A stretch of DNA of 64,000 nucleotides from Candidatus Peregrinibacteria bacterium (lineage in GTDB: Bacteria; Patescibacteriota; Gracilibacteria; UBA1369). A model generated the notes under the pieces. It did no database searches and was not told the DNA's origin. It was given only the letters and a program-made list of their open reading frames with translations. This document shows positions 14,623 through 24,684 of the stretch, piece by piece (within the stretch, counting starts at the first letter, position 1; every line of letters starts with the position of its first letter). The stretch is taken from positions 64,001 to 128,000 of the forward strand of contig OY970195.1 in NCBI GenBank assembly GCA_963708185.1. The letters run 5' to 3'. Made by a program: the position numbers and the translations under genes.

Positions 14623-15450
14623 CTAGAACAGCCCCGCTTTTTTTGGAGTGTCTTTTTCGTCGTCTTCCGGAGGATCTGCCTCTTGTGCAGAGCGAGGCAT
14701 CACCTGCACGTTGGTGAAGTAGGTGTCGTAGAATTTTTTCATCTCGAGGAGTTTCTTGAGGACTTTTTCGTCGTCGCCGGCATCGATGTATTTGGGGTTC
14801 ACTTTAATGGAGATGTTTCCCGGCCAACTGTCCTGTTTAAGTTTGGTGAGAAAACTTTCGATCGGAAGGATACCTTCGGTGGGAAGATAGTATTGGCGGC
14901 CGAGTTTGACGTTGGAAAGGTGAACGTGGACGAGATATTTCTTCAAAGCTTTGTAGATGCGAATGAGCTCTTCGTGTTTTTGTGCAACGCGGGTGGTGTC
15001 GATACAGGCGTGCTTGAATTTCTTCATTTCGTTGACGTTCCCCATGGCGTGTTCGGGAATGATTCCCAAAAAGGTTTCGGAAGGGGCGTTTTCCAGGGCG
15101 ATGGAAATGTTTTCTTTCTGACGGATCTTGGGGATCTCGTTCTTGAGCCACTGGATATATTTGAAGTCGAAGATTTTGGGAGGCTGGACCACGATGATGC
15201 GGCAGCCGAGTTCTTTGGCCATGTTGACCGTTTCCATGACCTTTTTGGGACTGGAAACCGGAGGTGCCTGGATGGCGACCACGGGGATCTGGTACTGGTC
15301 CGAAAGCAGCTTCACGTACTTGGTGTTCTGCGTGTCGTAGTTCTTGAAGTCGATGGCTAGGTCCAGTCCGCCATATCCGGCTTGTTTCACAAAGTTGAAG
15401 ATGCGGTTGAGTCCGTAGCCACGAAGTGAGTCTGAAGAGAGGACAAGCAT
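14623..15450 (-). CDS. Sugar-phosphate isomerase/epimerase-like TIM barrel (xylose isomerase-like family)
   Basis: AGYGGLDL, AKELGCRIIVV, IALEN, HVHLSN motifs. Confidence 0.8.
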   Translation of the reverse strand: MLVLSSDSLRGYGLNRIFNFVKQAGYGGLDLAIDFKNYDTQNTKYVKLLSDQYQIPVVAIQAPPVSSPKKVMETVNMAKELGCRIIVVQPPKIFDFKYIQWLKNEIPKIRQKENISIALENAPSETFLGIIPEHAMGNVNEMKKFKHACIDTTRVAQKHEELIRIYKALKKYLVHVHLSNVKLGRQYYLPTEGILPIESFLTKLKQDSWPGNISIKVNPKYIDAGDDEKVLKKLLEMKKFYDTYFTNVQVMPRSAQEADPPEDDEKDTPKKAGLF

Positions 15451-15536
15451 GGGTTTGGTTTTTATTTAATTTCGTTTCATTATACCATAAAATCCCCTTT
15501 CTCAGCAAGAATGGAGAAGGGGCTTTTTATAAGGGT

Positions 15537-15776
15537 TTATTTTGAGGTGTGCTGGCTGGACGTCGGCGTTTGGTCGTGGTCCGGCTGGTGCTGTTTATTC
15601 GAGCTGCAGCTTTTGGAAATGAGCGCCGAAGCGATGAGTGCAGCGAAAAAAGGCGTGTAGTATTTGACGAAGTCCATGGTGTGCTGGCGTTGGAATTCGT
15701 TGAGATACATGCGGACCTCGCGCAGTTTCGGATCAGCGGGTTCCTCGATTTTTTCATCTTCGAAAAATTCTTTCAT
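15537..15776 (-). CDS. Small hypothetical protein
   Basis: 79-aa ORF starting 9 nt after serS; one hydrophobic segment. Confidence 0.55.
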   Translation of the reverse strand: MKEFFEDEKIEEPADPKLREVRMYLNEFQRQHTMDFVKYYTPFFAALIASALISKSCSSNKQHQPDHDQTPTSSQHTSK

Positions 15777-15785
15777 GCTGGTGAG

Positions 15786-17057
15786 TTATTTCCCGATGTG
15801 GGTCCGTCCGCCCATGTAGCCGCGCAGGACTTCGGGGATTTCGATGGTTCCGTCCTTTTGCTGGTAGTTTTCCATGATGGCCACGAGCGTGCGGCTGATG
15901 GCTACGGCCGTGCCGTTGAGAGTGTGGATATTTTCAGTACCTTTTTCACCTTTGGCGCCGCTTCTCATACGGATGTTGGCGCGGCGGGCCTGGTAGTCCG
16001 TGCAGTTGCTGCAGGAAGTAAGTTCACGGAATTTCTGCTGGGTGGGAATCCAGACTTCAATATCGTATTTTTTGGCGGCCGGGTTGCCGAGGTCCCCTCC
16101 GCAGATGTTCACGACCTGGTAGTGGAAGCTGAGTTCGCTCATGATCTCTTCCTCTGTGGCGAGGATGAGTTCGTGTTCGGATTCGGATTTGCTGGGATGG
16201 CAGAAGCTGAACATTTCCACTTTGTCGAACTGGTGGACGCGGATGATCCCGTAGGTATCCTTGCTGTAGCTGCCGGCTTCGCGGCGGAAGCATGTGGAAA
16301 ATCCCATGTAGCGCATGGGGAGTTTTTCAGTATCCACGATCTTGTCGGCGTGAAGCATGGCGAGGGGAACTTCCGACGTCCCCACCAGATAAAGGTTGTC
16401 GTCTTCGGGGTTCACGTGATAGATCTCGTTGCGGTCTGCGGGGAAAAAGCCGGTGGCGATCATGGCCTTTTCTTTCACCAATACCGGCGGGAGAATCGGG
16501 GCGAAGCCTTTGCTCGTGAGTTTCTGGATGACGAACTGCAGAATGGCGAACTCCAGGAGAACAAGGTCGTTTTTTAAGTAATAGAAACGGGTGCCGGATG
16601 TTTCGGCCGCGGTTTCGGTATCAATAAGGTCCCACTTTTTGCCGAGTTCCATGTGGTCGAGGGGTTCAAAGTCGAATGCGGGTTTTTTGCCCACGGTTTT
16701 GACGACGACGTTGTCTTCCTCACCTTTGCCTTCCGGGACCGAGTCCAGGGTGGGGTTGGGGATGAGCAGGGTTTCCGCTTCAAGGTCCAGTTTGAGTTTT
16801 TCCAGTTTTGGATCGAGCTCCTTGAGGCGGTCCTTGAGTTCCTTGGATTGTTCGAGCAGAGGTTTTTTGTCTTGAGCCTCCGGGATCTCTTTGGCGATTT
16901 TGTTCTGCTGGGCTTTGAGGTTTTCGACTTCGCCCATGAGTTTGCGGCGGTCCTCGTCCATTTTTATGACGGCATCAAGGTCGCCTGAATAGCGCTTTTT
17001 TAAAATAGCTTTCTTGATCTTATCCGGATTTTCAATAAGAAGTTTAAGGTCGATCAT
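15786..17057 (-). CDS. serS: Serine--tRNA ligase
   Basis: MIDLKL start, GTSEVPL, CFRREAG, SCSNCTDYQARR, TLNGT. Confidence 0.99.
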   Translation of the reverse strand: MIDLKLLIENPDKIKKAILKKRYSGDLDAVIKMDEDRRKLMGEVENLKAQQNKIAKEIPEAQDKKPLLEQSKELKDRLKELDPKLEKLKLDLEAETLLIPNPTLDSVPEGKGEEDNVVVKTVGKKPAFDFEPLDHMELGKKWDLIDTETAAETSGTRFYYLKNDLVLLEFAILQFVIQKLTSKGFAPILPPVLVKEKAMIATGFFPADRNEIYHVNPEDDNLYLVGTSEVPLAMLHADKIVDTEKLPMRYMGFSTCFRREAGSYSKDTYGIIRVHQFDKVEMFSFCHPSKSESEHELILATEEEIMSELSFHYQVVNICGGDLGNPAAKKYDIEVWIPTQQKFRELTSCSNCTDYQARRANIRMRSGAKGEKGTENIHTLNGTAVAISRTLVAIMENYQQKDGTIEIPEVLRGYMGGRTHIGK

Positions 17058-17163
17058 GGCAAAGTGAGTTCGTGGAAAGGAAGGATGTTGGAACCGGGAA
17101 CTATCCTATCACGCCCGGCTTGCGGGGGCTAGTGCGCATTTGGTTAAAACTCAGTTGGAAAGA

Positions 17164-18357
17164 CTATTGAATGTCCACGGATGAATATGATCCGGGACCG
17201 CCGCTGCCGTCATAGCCTTCAACGCTTTCACCTTCGCCCAACGTTTCATCCATTATAAAAAGATCACTGGGATGTGCGAGCGATGTTTCAATGAAAGTTC
17301 CTGGAGGGCATGTCTGATCTGCGGTCACATGGAAATTTTTTGTGGCACCCTTTGGAATGCCGTAGGGTGAAGGACAGCTCAAGTGAGCAATTTTTAAGAC
17401 ATCGGCGTTGGTGTAATCGCTTATTTTATCCAGGGCGCAGATCTGGGTTGTGCCGTTAAAAAGTTTAAAGTTTGAGATGTTGTCGGGGTTGCAGGTTCCG
17501 GTAAGATGAAGACTCATTCTTTGAAGAGCACCGTCATCGATCGCTCCCTCAGTGATGGTGAACTCGGCGATTGTTGCATTTTGTCCCGGAGTGGCTGTGG
17601 GGAGTGGGTTGTTTGCGGCGTTGATACTTATCATCCCTGTGCTGATTCCTCCGACTGTAAATTGTGATCCAGCAATACTTTCAGGAACTCCATCAAGTAT
17701 GGCATCGTTAGAAAAGTCTTCCTGGCGGGGAACATAGCGAAAGCCGTAGTTTCCTACGGACTGTTCAGTGAAATTGGCATAGAGGCAGAGTTCGTTTACA
17801 CTGTCAGCTGATAGAGGAAAATTTATTCCATCAAACGTATGGCTGAATGCCGTGTCGCTTCCGTTTTGAAATTCCGTCATGCGGCTGCCGTCCGGATAGG
17901 TTATGGTAAATTCGGTCTGGGTCGGGTCGCTGGCGCCTTCGGTTTCAAAGGTTGCGCTTTTCATTGATCCTTCTACGCAGCCGTTTTTGATGTTCCAGCA
18001 AAAAACAGGAACATTGGTGGAATCTTTTGCAATTGAAAGTCCTTCCGGCCCCACGAACTCGATCTGGATTTTATTGCAGTCAGGTGAGCCGCCGGTTCCT
18101 CCGGCTCCACCTTGTCCGCTCGAGCCTCCTGTTCCACCGGTTTCGTTTGAGGAAGAACCTCCCGTGCCGGAGGTGCTTTCGTTGTTATCAACCGGGAGTT
18201 CCGATCTTGCCCCGCATGCCGTGGTTGAGGCAAGTACGAGCAATGCAGCAATCCGGTTTCTGTTCAAAGATTTCAAGCGGCCAACCTGCGTCGGTGCAGT
18301 GTTGGTTGTTTCAGTATTTTTTTCGGTTTGTTCGCAGGAAAGTTTACGATCAATCAT
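17164..18357 (-). CDS. Putative lipoprotein with Gly/Ser/Thr linker and beta-rich, Cys-containing domains
   Basis: LLVLASTTAC lipobox-like site followed by GTGGSS/GGAGGTGG linker. Confidence 0.7.
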   Translation of the reverse strand: MIDRKLSCEQTEKNTETTNTAPTQVGRLKSLNRNRIAALLVLASTTACGARSELPVDNNESTSGTGGSSSNETGGTGGSSGQGGAGGTGGSPDCNKIQIEFVGPEGLSIAKDSTNVPVFCWNIKNGCVEGSMKSATFETEGASDPTQTEFTITYPDGSRMTEFQNGSDTAFSHTFDGINFPLSADSVNELCLYANFTEQSVGNYGFRYVPRQEDFSNDAILDGVPESIAGSQFTVGGISTGMISINAANNPLPTATPGQNATIAEFTITEGAIDDGALQRMSLHLTGTCNPDNISNFKLFNGTTQICALDKISDYTNADVLKIAHLSCPSPYGIPKGATKNFHVTADQTCPPGTFIETSLAHPSDLFIMDETLGEGESVEGYDGSGGPGSYSSVDIQ

Positions 18358-18434
18358 GAGTTGGATGGAAGAATGTTTAAAGAAGGTCGGATACTATCAA
18401 AATCCGGCTGAAAAAACAAGGGTATCGGCTAGTG

Positions 18435-18806
18435 TCAGGACGAGAGCAGTTTTTTTATTTTGCCGACGACACCGTTGCCGATTTTTTCCTGGTAGCGGTG
18501 GAGCAGAGCGATTTTGAAGAGGCTGAAGGCTTCGGCGTGGCAAACTTCGTGATCCGGGTAAAGTCTGCAGAGTTCGATGATTTTTTGTGCGGCGGGAATG
18601 ATGCTTTTTTTGAGATGGTCCACTGTATCGAGATCCATGAGGTGCCGGTATGCTGCGTCAATCGATGTTTCTCCGCTGGAGATGGTATCTTCAAGAACTG
18701 CCAGCATCGCTTGGGACAGCTGCCGGGAGTTTTCGATCGGTGGAAGAAGGCGCGGGGTGGTTTGTTCATCGGCGCTCTTTTCCGGATTTTGGCGTTCCTG
18801 GGACAT
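18435..18806 (-). CDS. Hypothetical protein
   Basis: 123-aa ORF co-oriented with and just downstream of the HAD gene. Confidence 0.6.
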   Translation of the reverse strand: MSQERQNPEKSADEQTTPRLLPPIENSRQLSQAMLAVLEDTISSGETSIDAAYRHLMDLDTVDHLKKSIIPAAQKIIELCRLYPDHEVCHAEAFSLFKIALLHRYQEKIGNGVVGKIKKLLSS

Positions 18807-18830
18807 TGTTTTCGGGGTAACGTCTGCATT

Positions 18831-19511
18831 CTATACCCGGGAACGGCGTCTGAAAAGGTCGTGTACGCTGACGACCGTGCGGCCGTAGCCGCGGGTGAGT
18901 TTGTGGAAAAAACTTTCGGGGCCGGGGATGGGCTTCACCATCATGAAGTGCATGCCGAGTTGGCGCGCGCCGCCGTCGGTGAGGGGATTGTCTCCGACCA
19001 TGGCGCATTTTCTCGGGTGGACCTTGAGGTAGTGGTCGGCGGCGCGCTGGAAACCCGCGGCTTCGGGTTTGGGAGCGGCGTGTTTGACCACCGGGATGCC
19101 GAGCTGTTCAAAAATGACCCGTTCGCTGGCGTTGTTGGAAAACACGCAGACGTTCATCTTGGCGCGGATTTCGCGCAATTTTTCTACGACCGGTTCGGCA
19201 AAATTTTCGCCGTGATGGGCGACGAGTGTGCCGTCCACGTCCAAGATCAATCCCATGATGTAGCGACGGACGGCGTCAACATTCAGGTCTTCGATTTTTT
19301 CCAGTCTGGAATGGATCCTGGTCAACCGGGGATTGAAAGGCAGGCTCAGCGCGAAGCCGATTTTTTCAACGTTCAGTCCTTCGCGGTTTTCGTCGGCGAT
19401 ATGAAGAATGCCGTTTTGTCTGGCGGAAGGATAAATGATTTTTCCCGATACCGGCGTGGATTCGGGGTTTTGCCTTCTATCGCGGTTTTCCTGTGGGAAT
19501 TTGATGCTCAC
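18831..19511 (-). CDS. YqeG-like HAD IIIA phosphatase
   Basis: LDVDGTL, FSNN, AAPKP, MVGDNPLTD motifs. Confidence 0.88.
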   Translation of the reverse strand: MSIKFPQENRDRRQNPESTPVSGKIIYPSARQNGILHIADENREGLNVEKIGFALSLPFNPRLTRIHSRLEKIEDLNVDAVRRYIMGLILDVDGTLVAHHGENFAEPVVEKLREIRAKMNVCVFSNNASERVIFEQLGIPVVKHAAPKPEAAGFQRAADHYLKVHPRKCAMVGDNPLTDGGARQLGMHFMMVKPIPGPESFFHKLTRGYGRTVVSVHDLFRRRSRV

Positions 19512-19671
19512 AATTGAATGACAAAGGTTTCCTGAAGGGAAACTTTTAACAAAACCGGACGTTTTTGTCTAGGGGAAGTTGGTAAGGTTTTGAGCGTTTC
19601 ATATTATACTTTGTTGAGTACTCCGCTCTTCCAAGAGCAATATTCCTTATTTATTAATCCCCACAACGTCT

Positions 19672-20469
19672 ATGGCTTCAAATACAGCGGGAGATGTTTC
19701 CCATAAAATTCTTCGTTATGCCGGCAGTCTTTTTCTGCTTGCGGCCGCCAGTGTCATGGTCTGGCAGATGACCGGACCGAGCTGGTTCAAAAACATCAAA
19801 GCGGAAATTACCAACCAGCCGTATGCCCGTACCATTACGGTGGCAGGTGAAGGCAAAATCAGTGCCAAACCGGACATCGCCAACGTCAGTCTTTCGGTGG
19901 TTTCAAAAGGAAGCACCGTCAAACAGGTGACCACGGACAACAACACCAAGATGAATCAGGTTCTTGACGCGGTGAAAGGTCTCGGTGTCGATCCGAAGGA
20001 CATCACCACCACGGCGTACGACCTTTACCCGGAATACGATTACAGCACTCCGCTCCGTCCCGGTACGACCAACAAAATTATCGGTTATAACCTGACCCAG
20101 GAAGTGACGCTCAAAGTTCGCGACCTCACCAAGGTGGACGACATTCTTGATGCCGGCACCAAAGCCGGTGCCAACCAGGTCGGTTCGTTGAGTTTCGATA
20201 TCGACGATAAAGGTCCGGTCAAGAAAGAAGCGCGTCAGAAAGCTTTCGATGACGCTAAACAGAAGGCTCAGGAAATGGCTTCCCAGGCAGGCGTCAGCCT
20301 CGGCCGCGTCGTGACCTTCAGTGAAGAGTCCACGCCGACGCCGTATCCGATCTACAACATGGCCATGGATGTGAAGAGCGCCGGTGTTGCTGCTGCTCCG
20401 GCTCCGAGCATCGAACCGGGTTCCAAAGAACTGACGATGAACGTGAGCGTGACCTACGAGATTGAGTAG
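19672..20469 (+). CDS. SIMPL domain protein (YggE/BP26 family)
   Basis: ITVAGEGKISAKPDIA and SIEPGSKELTMNVSVTYEI; N-terminal TM. Confidence 0.93.
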   Translation: MASNTAGDVSHKILRYAGSLFLLAAASVMVWQMTGPSWFKNIKAEITNQPYARTITVAGEGKISAKPDIANVSLSVVSKGSTVKQVTTDNNTKMNQVLDAVKGLGVDPKDITTTAYDLYPEYDYSTPLRPGTTNKIIGYNLTQEVTLKVRDLTKVDDILDAGTKAGANQVGSLSFDIDDKGPVKKEARQKAFDDAKQKAQEMASQAGVSLGRVVTFSEESTPTPYPIYNMAMDVKSAGVAAAPAPSIEPGSKELTMNVSVTYEIE

Positions 20470-20503
20470 CCGCGTGGAGTGAAAGGCACAACGTTGTGAA
20501 TTT

Positions 20504-20533
20504 AAAAAGCCCCGCCGGTAGGCGGGGCTTTTT
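20504..20533. terminator. Bidirectional intrinsic terminator
   Basis: aaaaagccccgcc-ggta-ggcggggcttttt between convergent genes. Confidence 0.9.
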
Positions 20534-20545
20534 GTTGTGTGATTT

Positions 20546-21049
20546 TTATTCCATGGGGTTGTCCTGTTTTTTCGTGTTTTCTTCTTTGGCTTCTTCTGTG
20601 GCTTTTTCGGCCTTGATCCTTTTTTCCACGATATCCTTCGCTTTCTTTTTGTACGCAAAATACGCTCCGCCGAGGCCGAAGATAATGAAAAGCAGCCCGA
20701 TGATGAAGACGAGGCCCGGGGCCATCCATAAATCGAGGAGGCTGTTGATCTGGGCGTCCTGCGGATTTTTCGGGTTATAGAGGACGTCCACCTGTTTGCC
20801 GACGCCGAATTCCGGAGTGATCGTTCCGACGTTCGACGTGAATTTTACGGCTGTGCCGTCCGGCGCGGTGAACTGTACGACCGCATGGTAGGTGCTGTTT
20901 TTTGAACCGCCGAGTTGATTCTGGACGACGGTGCCGGTGGCATGTTTGCTGCTGAGAATGAAACTGTTCTGTCCGTTGAAGAGGAACATCCCGAAGACGA
21001 TGATGCCTACTCCGATGAGCGCGTTGTAGAGGCCACGGATCATGCGCAA
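20546..21049 (-). CDS. DUF3592-like membrane protein
   Basis: TM, then ATGTVV...VVQFT...VDVLYNPKNPQDAQI, then TM. Confidence 0.85.
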   Translation of the reverse strand: MRMIRGLYNALIGVGIIVFGMFLFNGQNSFILSSKHATGTVVQNQLGGSKNSTYHAVVQFTAPDGTAVKFTSNVGTITPEFGVGKQVDVLYNPKNPQDAQINSLLDLWMAPGLVFIIGLLFIIFGLGGAYFAYKKKAKDIVEKRIKAEKATEEAKEENTKKQDNPME

Positions 21050-21052
21050 AAT

Positions 21053-21862
21053 TTACAGGATTTTTCCTTCCTTGCGCAAGCGTTCTTCGATGGCTTTGAT
21101 TTCGGCGCGCTGCTCGTCGCTCATGCCGTCTCGGATTGCCTGACGCCGCGCTTCGATGCCGCGCCGGGTCAGTTCTTCCAGGCTTAAGGTCTGTTTATCT
21201 TTTGACGGCGATGGGATCGGTTCTGGTTGCCGTTTCTCTTCTTGTTGTGCAAGTCTTTTTTTTCCTTCCGCTGCGGCTTCCTCCCTTGCTTTTATTCCGC
21301 GTTCCCGGAGTTTTTTCGCGGTTGTTCTCCGTTCCCATAGTTTTTGCTGGCGGGATTGTGGTTGTGGAACGCACGGGACTGGTTTGGGTGCAGGTTCGTC
21401 TTGTTCCGGCTGAGGAAGTTGGGGAAATTCGCGTTCGAACATCTTGGCCTCGGTTTCGCTGAAAACTCCTCCGAACTTCATGCCGATAAGGGTGTTGCTG
21501 ATCTGGCTGACGACACGGAAAATAATATGACTGCAGGTTTCGCGATTGTCATCTGGTGTTTCATGGTCGCGTTTTTTTTGCGGCATGTGCTCACGGAGAT
21601 CGTGGCGCAGTTTCAGGACAAACCTTTCAAGATCCCGTTTGTGAATTTCCATTTCGGGCAGTTGTTCAACCGGCGTGCGTTGGCCGTTTTGTAGATAGAC
21701 CCCCAAAAGATCTTTGTTCGAGGCCATGGCCTCGTGGACGTATTCCAGGGCCCGGTCGTATTCCGTTTTCATGTTCGGGGAGATGGCCTCAAGAACGTCG
21801 GCTTCGTCGCGCTGTTCCTTGAACGCTTTGCCGATGGATTTTGTAAATTCGTTCAGTTTCAT
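21053..21862 (-). CDS. Hypothetical protein
   Basis: 269-aa charged ORF ending 3 nt before the next gene. Confidence 0.7.
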   Translation of the reverse strand: MKLNEFTKSIGKAFKEQRDEADVLEAISPNMKTEYDRALEYVHEAMASNKDLLGVYLQNGQRTPVEQLPEMEIHKRDLERFVLKLRHDLREHMPQKKRDHETPDDNRETCSHIIFRVVSQISNTLIGMKFGGVFSETEAKMFEREFPQLPQPEQDEPAPKPVPCVPQPQSRQQKLWERRTTAKKLRERGIKAREEAAAEGKKRLAQQEEKRQPEPIPSPSKDKQTLSLEELTRRGIEARRQAIRDGMSDEQRAEIKAIEERLRKEGKIL

Positions 21863-21934
21863 GGGAAGTGGTTATAAGGGGCGATTGTAGCCAAAGAAAA
21901 CGGTTGTGCCAAGCTTTTTTTTCAGTTAGTATCG

Positions 21935-22357
21935 TTGCAAATAAATATTTCCGTTACGATTGTTGCTGTGTCCGGTCCAAAAGATCAACTGGGAAGAATA
22001 GATATCAGCTTTGAAGACCTCGATGAGGGTTGGGTTGACGATGACGTCGAACCTGGCACGGTGCCTTATCCACAGCCAACGAGCGGTTTTTTCAATAAAG
22101 GGCCGAAAGAGCTCGATCTGCTTTCACGGTTTGATGATGACGAAGCTACGCTGATCATCGATCTCGACCCGTATCTTCAAATGCTGGAGCCTCCGTATGC
22201 GGAGATCGCAGCCGCCGTGCGCGCGCGGTTCAAGGCTTTCGTGAAAAAATGTTTCGACGGGGAGTACGACGAAAGCGAAATCAACGCCATGTACAGCGAC
22301 GCTCGGCTGGTGCGCGAGAAGCTGGTCACGATCAAGAAAGCCGTTGATGCCGACTAA
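21935..22357 (+). CDS. Hypothetical acidic protein
   Basis: 140-aa ORF filling the gap; start uncertain. Confidence 0.55.
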   Translation: MQINISVTIVAVSGPKDQLGRIDISFEDLDEGWVDDDVEPGTVPYPQPTSGFFNKGPKELDLLSRFDDDEATLIIDLDPYLQMLEPPYAEIAAAVRARFKAFVKKCFDGEYDESEINAMYSDARLVREKLVTIKKAVDAD

Positions 22358-22361
22358 AGGG

Positions 22362-22919
22362 CTACTGCAGTTTTTTGAAAAATGCGTCGGCGATGCTGAT
22401 CTGCGTCAGTTTGTCGTTCGGAGCCATCACCAGAATGGAGACCGTTCCCTGGCGCGCGTCGAGACTGTTGTTGACCGCCGAATAGACCGCATCGTCGCCG
22501 AGTCCTCCGATGTCGCTGTAGGCGCCGTTGGGATATTTACCGTCGGGAATGTTCGCGGCAGCGGTCTCAAGGTTGCTGCGATAGTCTTCCATGTCGGAAG
22601 CGGCCTGGGCCACGCTGTCGACCATGGTCACCGTGAAGTAGACCTGGCCGCTTGAACCGTAGGTGCAGGTCCATTGTCCGTCGTTGAGCGGCATTGCTTT
22701 CGGCGAAGCCAGTTGGTCAGAGGGAATATCGACGATGGCTGAAAGATCGGCCGGGGAGAGGGTGTCGCAGCTGCCGTCGACAAGTTTGCCGCCGCCTGTA
22801 GATGCGACGTTCGTCGATGATCCCTGCTGGTTGGTCGCGGCAGGGGCACCTTGCTGGCATCCGGCAAAGATCGTCATGCTCAAAAATCCTGCCATGATGA
22901 AGGGTGAGAGTTTTTTCAT
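22362..22919 (-). CDS. Putative lipoprotein (paralogue of 22970..23590)
   Basis: Lipobox FAGC; C...CTYG and GLGDDAVY motifs shared with its neighbour. Confidence 0.8.
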   Translation of the reverse strand: MKKLSPFIMAGFLSMTIFAGCQQGAPAATNQQGSSTNVASTGGGKLVDGSCDTLSPADLSAIVDIPSDQLASPKAMPLNDGQWTCTYGSSGQVYFTVTMVDSVAQAASDMEDYRSNLETAAANIPDGKYPNGAYSDIGGLGDDAVYSAVNNSLDARQGTVSILVMAPNDKLTQISIADAFFKKLQ

Positions 22920-22969
22920 GGTTTTATGTAAAGGGGTATGGTCGTCTGCCGTGGGAGCAGGCCGGTTGG

Positions 22970-23590
22970 TTATTGTAACGTTGCGAGGAAGGCCTTGGCA
23001 ATCTGGACCTCCTGATCTTCGTTGTTGGGAGAGATCACAATGACAGTGACGTTGCCCTGGCGCGCTTCAACCTTTCCGCTTTCGGCGGCGTACATGGCTT
23101 CATCGCCGAGGTTGGGGATGGTGGCTACGGTTCCAAGGCCCGGGAGATCTTCCTGGACCGCGGTCTTGGCGTCATCGGGGCCGTTGGAAACTCTTACAGT
23201 GAATGACGCTGAGCCGTCGCCGTAGACGCAGGTGTAGATGCCTTCGCTGAAGCTGTTCACGACCATGGGGATCTGGTCCGCGGTTGTGCCGAGGATGTTG
23301 GCGACGACGTCGGAGGTCATGCCGTTACAGGTCTTGCTGTCGAAAGCGTAGGTTTTGTCGGTTGCTCCGTTGCCGGCCGGGTTGATGGTCAGTGAAGTGT
23401 TCTGGTCGGACGTAGACTGCGGGTTGATGGTGAGCGAAGCGTTCTGATCCGCCGGTGTGGTTGAGGTTCCGGTCGATGCGGTGGTTGAGGTCGTTGAAGA
23501 CGGAGCCGCGGGCGCGTTCTGCTGGCAGGCTGCGAGGGTCATCATGCTGACCATTCCAATGGCTGCGATGGCGAGGTGTCGGTTGTTCAT
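22970..23590 (-). CDS. Putative lipoprotein (paralogue of 22362..22919)
   Basis: Lipobox LAAC, S/T-rich linker with a duplicated DQNxSLTINP, CVYG, NLGDEAMY; start set at MNNRH. Confidence 0.8.
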   Translation of the reverse strand: MNNRHLAIAAIGMVSMMTLAACQQNAPAAPSSTTSTTASTGTSTTPADQNASLTINPQSTSDQNTSLTINPAGNGATDKTYAFDSKTCNGMTSDVVANILGTTADQIPMVVNSFSEGIYTCVYGDGSASFTVRVSNGPDDAKTAVQEDLPGLGTVATIPNLGDEAMYAAESGKVEARQGNVTVIVISPNNEDQEVQIAKAFLATLQ

Positions 23591-23647
23591 ACAAAAAAGT
23601 AAAAGGCTGACGTTGAGTATAGCCCTTTCCGGTTCCAAAGCCAATTT

Positions 23648-24661
23648 TTAGTGCAGGTAGGCAATCTTGACGATGGGATTGATCCTGATGATTTCTTCCA
23701 CTGTGCCGCGGAGATGGGGCGGGATGTCTTGCTGGTTGCCGATCCTGTCGATGATCTGCTGGATGTTTTTTGCGAACGTTCCGAAAAATCTGGCGGTGTT
23801 GGAAACCTCGTGGGCGAAGTTGGTTTCGAGTTTTGCTTTGACGGTGTTGAGTTCATGGATCGCTCCCTGGATTTCAACGCGTTTCATGGGTTTGGTGACG
23901 AGGAGAATGCTTCGCGGAAACGATGTTTTTTTCTCGAGGATGCGGATCATGTCCTCCACGCTCCGGCGCATGTTCGAGTCGGGCGCATCGGTTTTGATTC
24001 CGGTTTCGGTCAGCGATCTTCGTATCTCCTCGACCTCATAGCTGATGGTGGTGATAAGACGGAATTTTTCCAGCTGGCGCGCGGCGACGGCAACAAGGTC
24101 TTCCAGTGGAAGTTCGGGTTCTTTGCGTTCTTCCGGGAGGGGATTGGCAATACCCAGGCGCGTAGCGACCCGCGACGGAACGGTTCTCACCGCTGAAACC
24201 TTCGGGTCGATCCGGTCGGAATCTGCGGAGGGATTGAAGAGGCGCTGGGTTTGTTTTCTCGTCTCCAGATTGATGGACGGCACCGGCATGATGCCCGTGG
24301 CACGATGATCGCTCGTGATGCTTTCAAAATGAACGGTCGCCGCTTTTTTGGTTTGTTCGTTCACCAGTCCGCCGTGCTTTTGGCTGAAAAAATCGATGAG
24401 ATCATCGAGCATGCAGATGACGGTCTGGATATGGGTGAGGTTATCCGGAATCTTCCGTCCGCCCACGATGGCGGATTTGGTTTGCAGAAGATCGTCCAGG
24501 ATTTCGGTCGCCTGGATGAGACGTTTATAGAAGTGCTGGCGGACGGTCCGGTTGTTGATATTATCGTGCGTGAGCGCTTCACCGGCGACGCCCAGCACTT
24601 TTTGCATTTTGATGCGGGCGGTCTCTTTGGAGTTTACATTGGAGTTTAAAGGTTTTTCCAT
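23648..24661 (-). CDS. Hypothetical protein
   Basis: 337-aa ORF with no recognised motif. Confidence 0.7.
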   Translation of the reverse strand: MEKPLNSNVNSKETARIKMQKVLGVAGEALTHDNINNRTVRQHFYKRLIQATEILDDLLQTKSAIVGGRKIPDNLTHIQTVICMLDDLIDFFSQKHGGLVNEQTKKAATVHFESITSDHRATGIMPVPSINLETRKQTQRLFNPSADSDRIDPKVSAVRTVPSRVATRLGIANPLPEERKEPELPLEDLVAVAARQLEKFRLITTISYEVEEIRRSLTETGIKTDAPDSNMRRSVEDMIRILEKKTSFPRSILLVTKPMKRVEIQGAIHELNTVKAKLETNFAHEVSNTARFFGTFAKNIQQIIDRIGNQQDIPPHLRGTVEEIIRINPIVKIAYLH

Positions 24662-24684
24662 GGAGTTACAGAAAAATGGAAACC

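Noticed and set aside
18432-19517. 361-aa plus-strand ORF
   Set aside because: Antisense shadow of the HAD phosphatase and its neighbour; no motifs.
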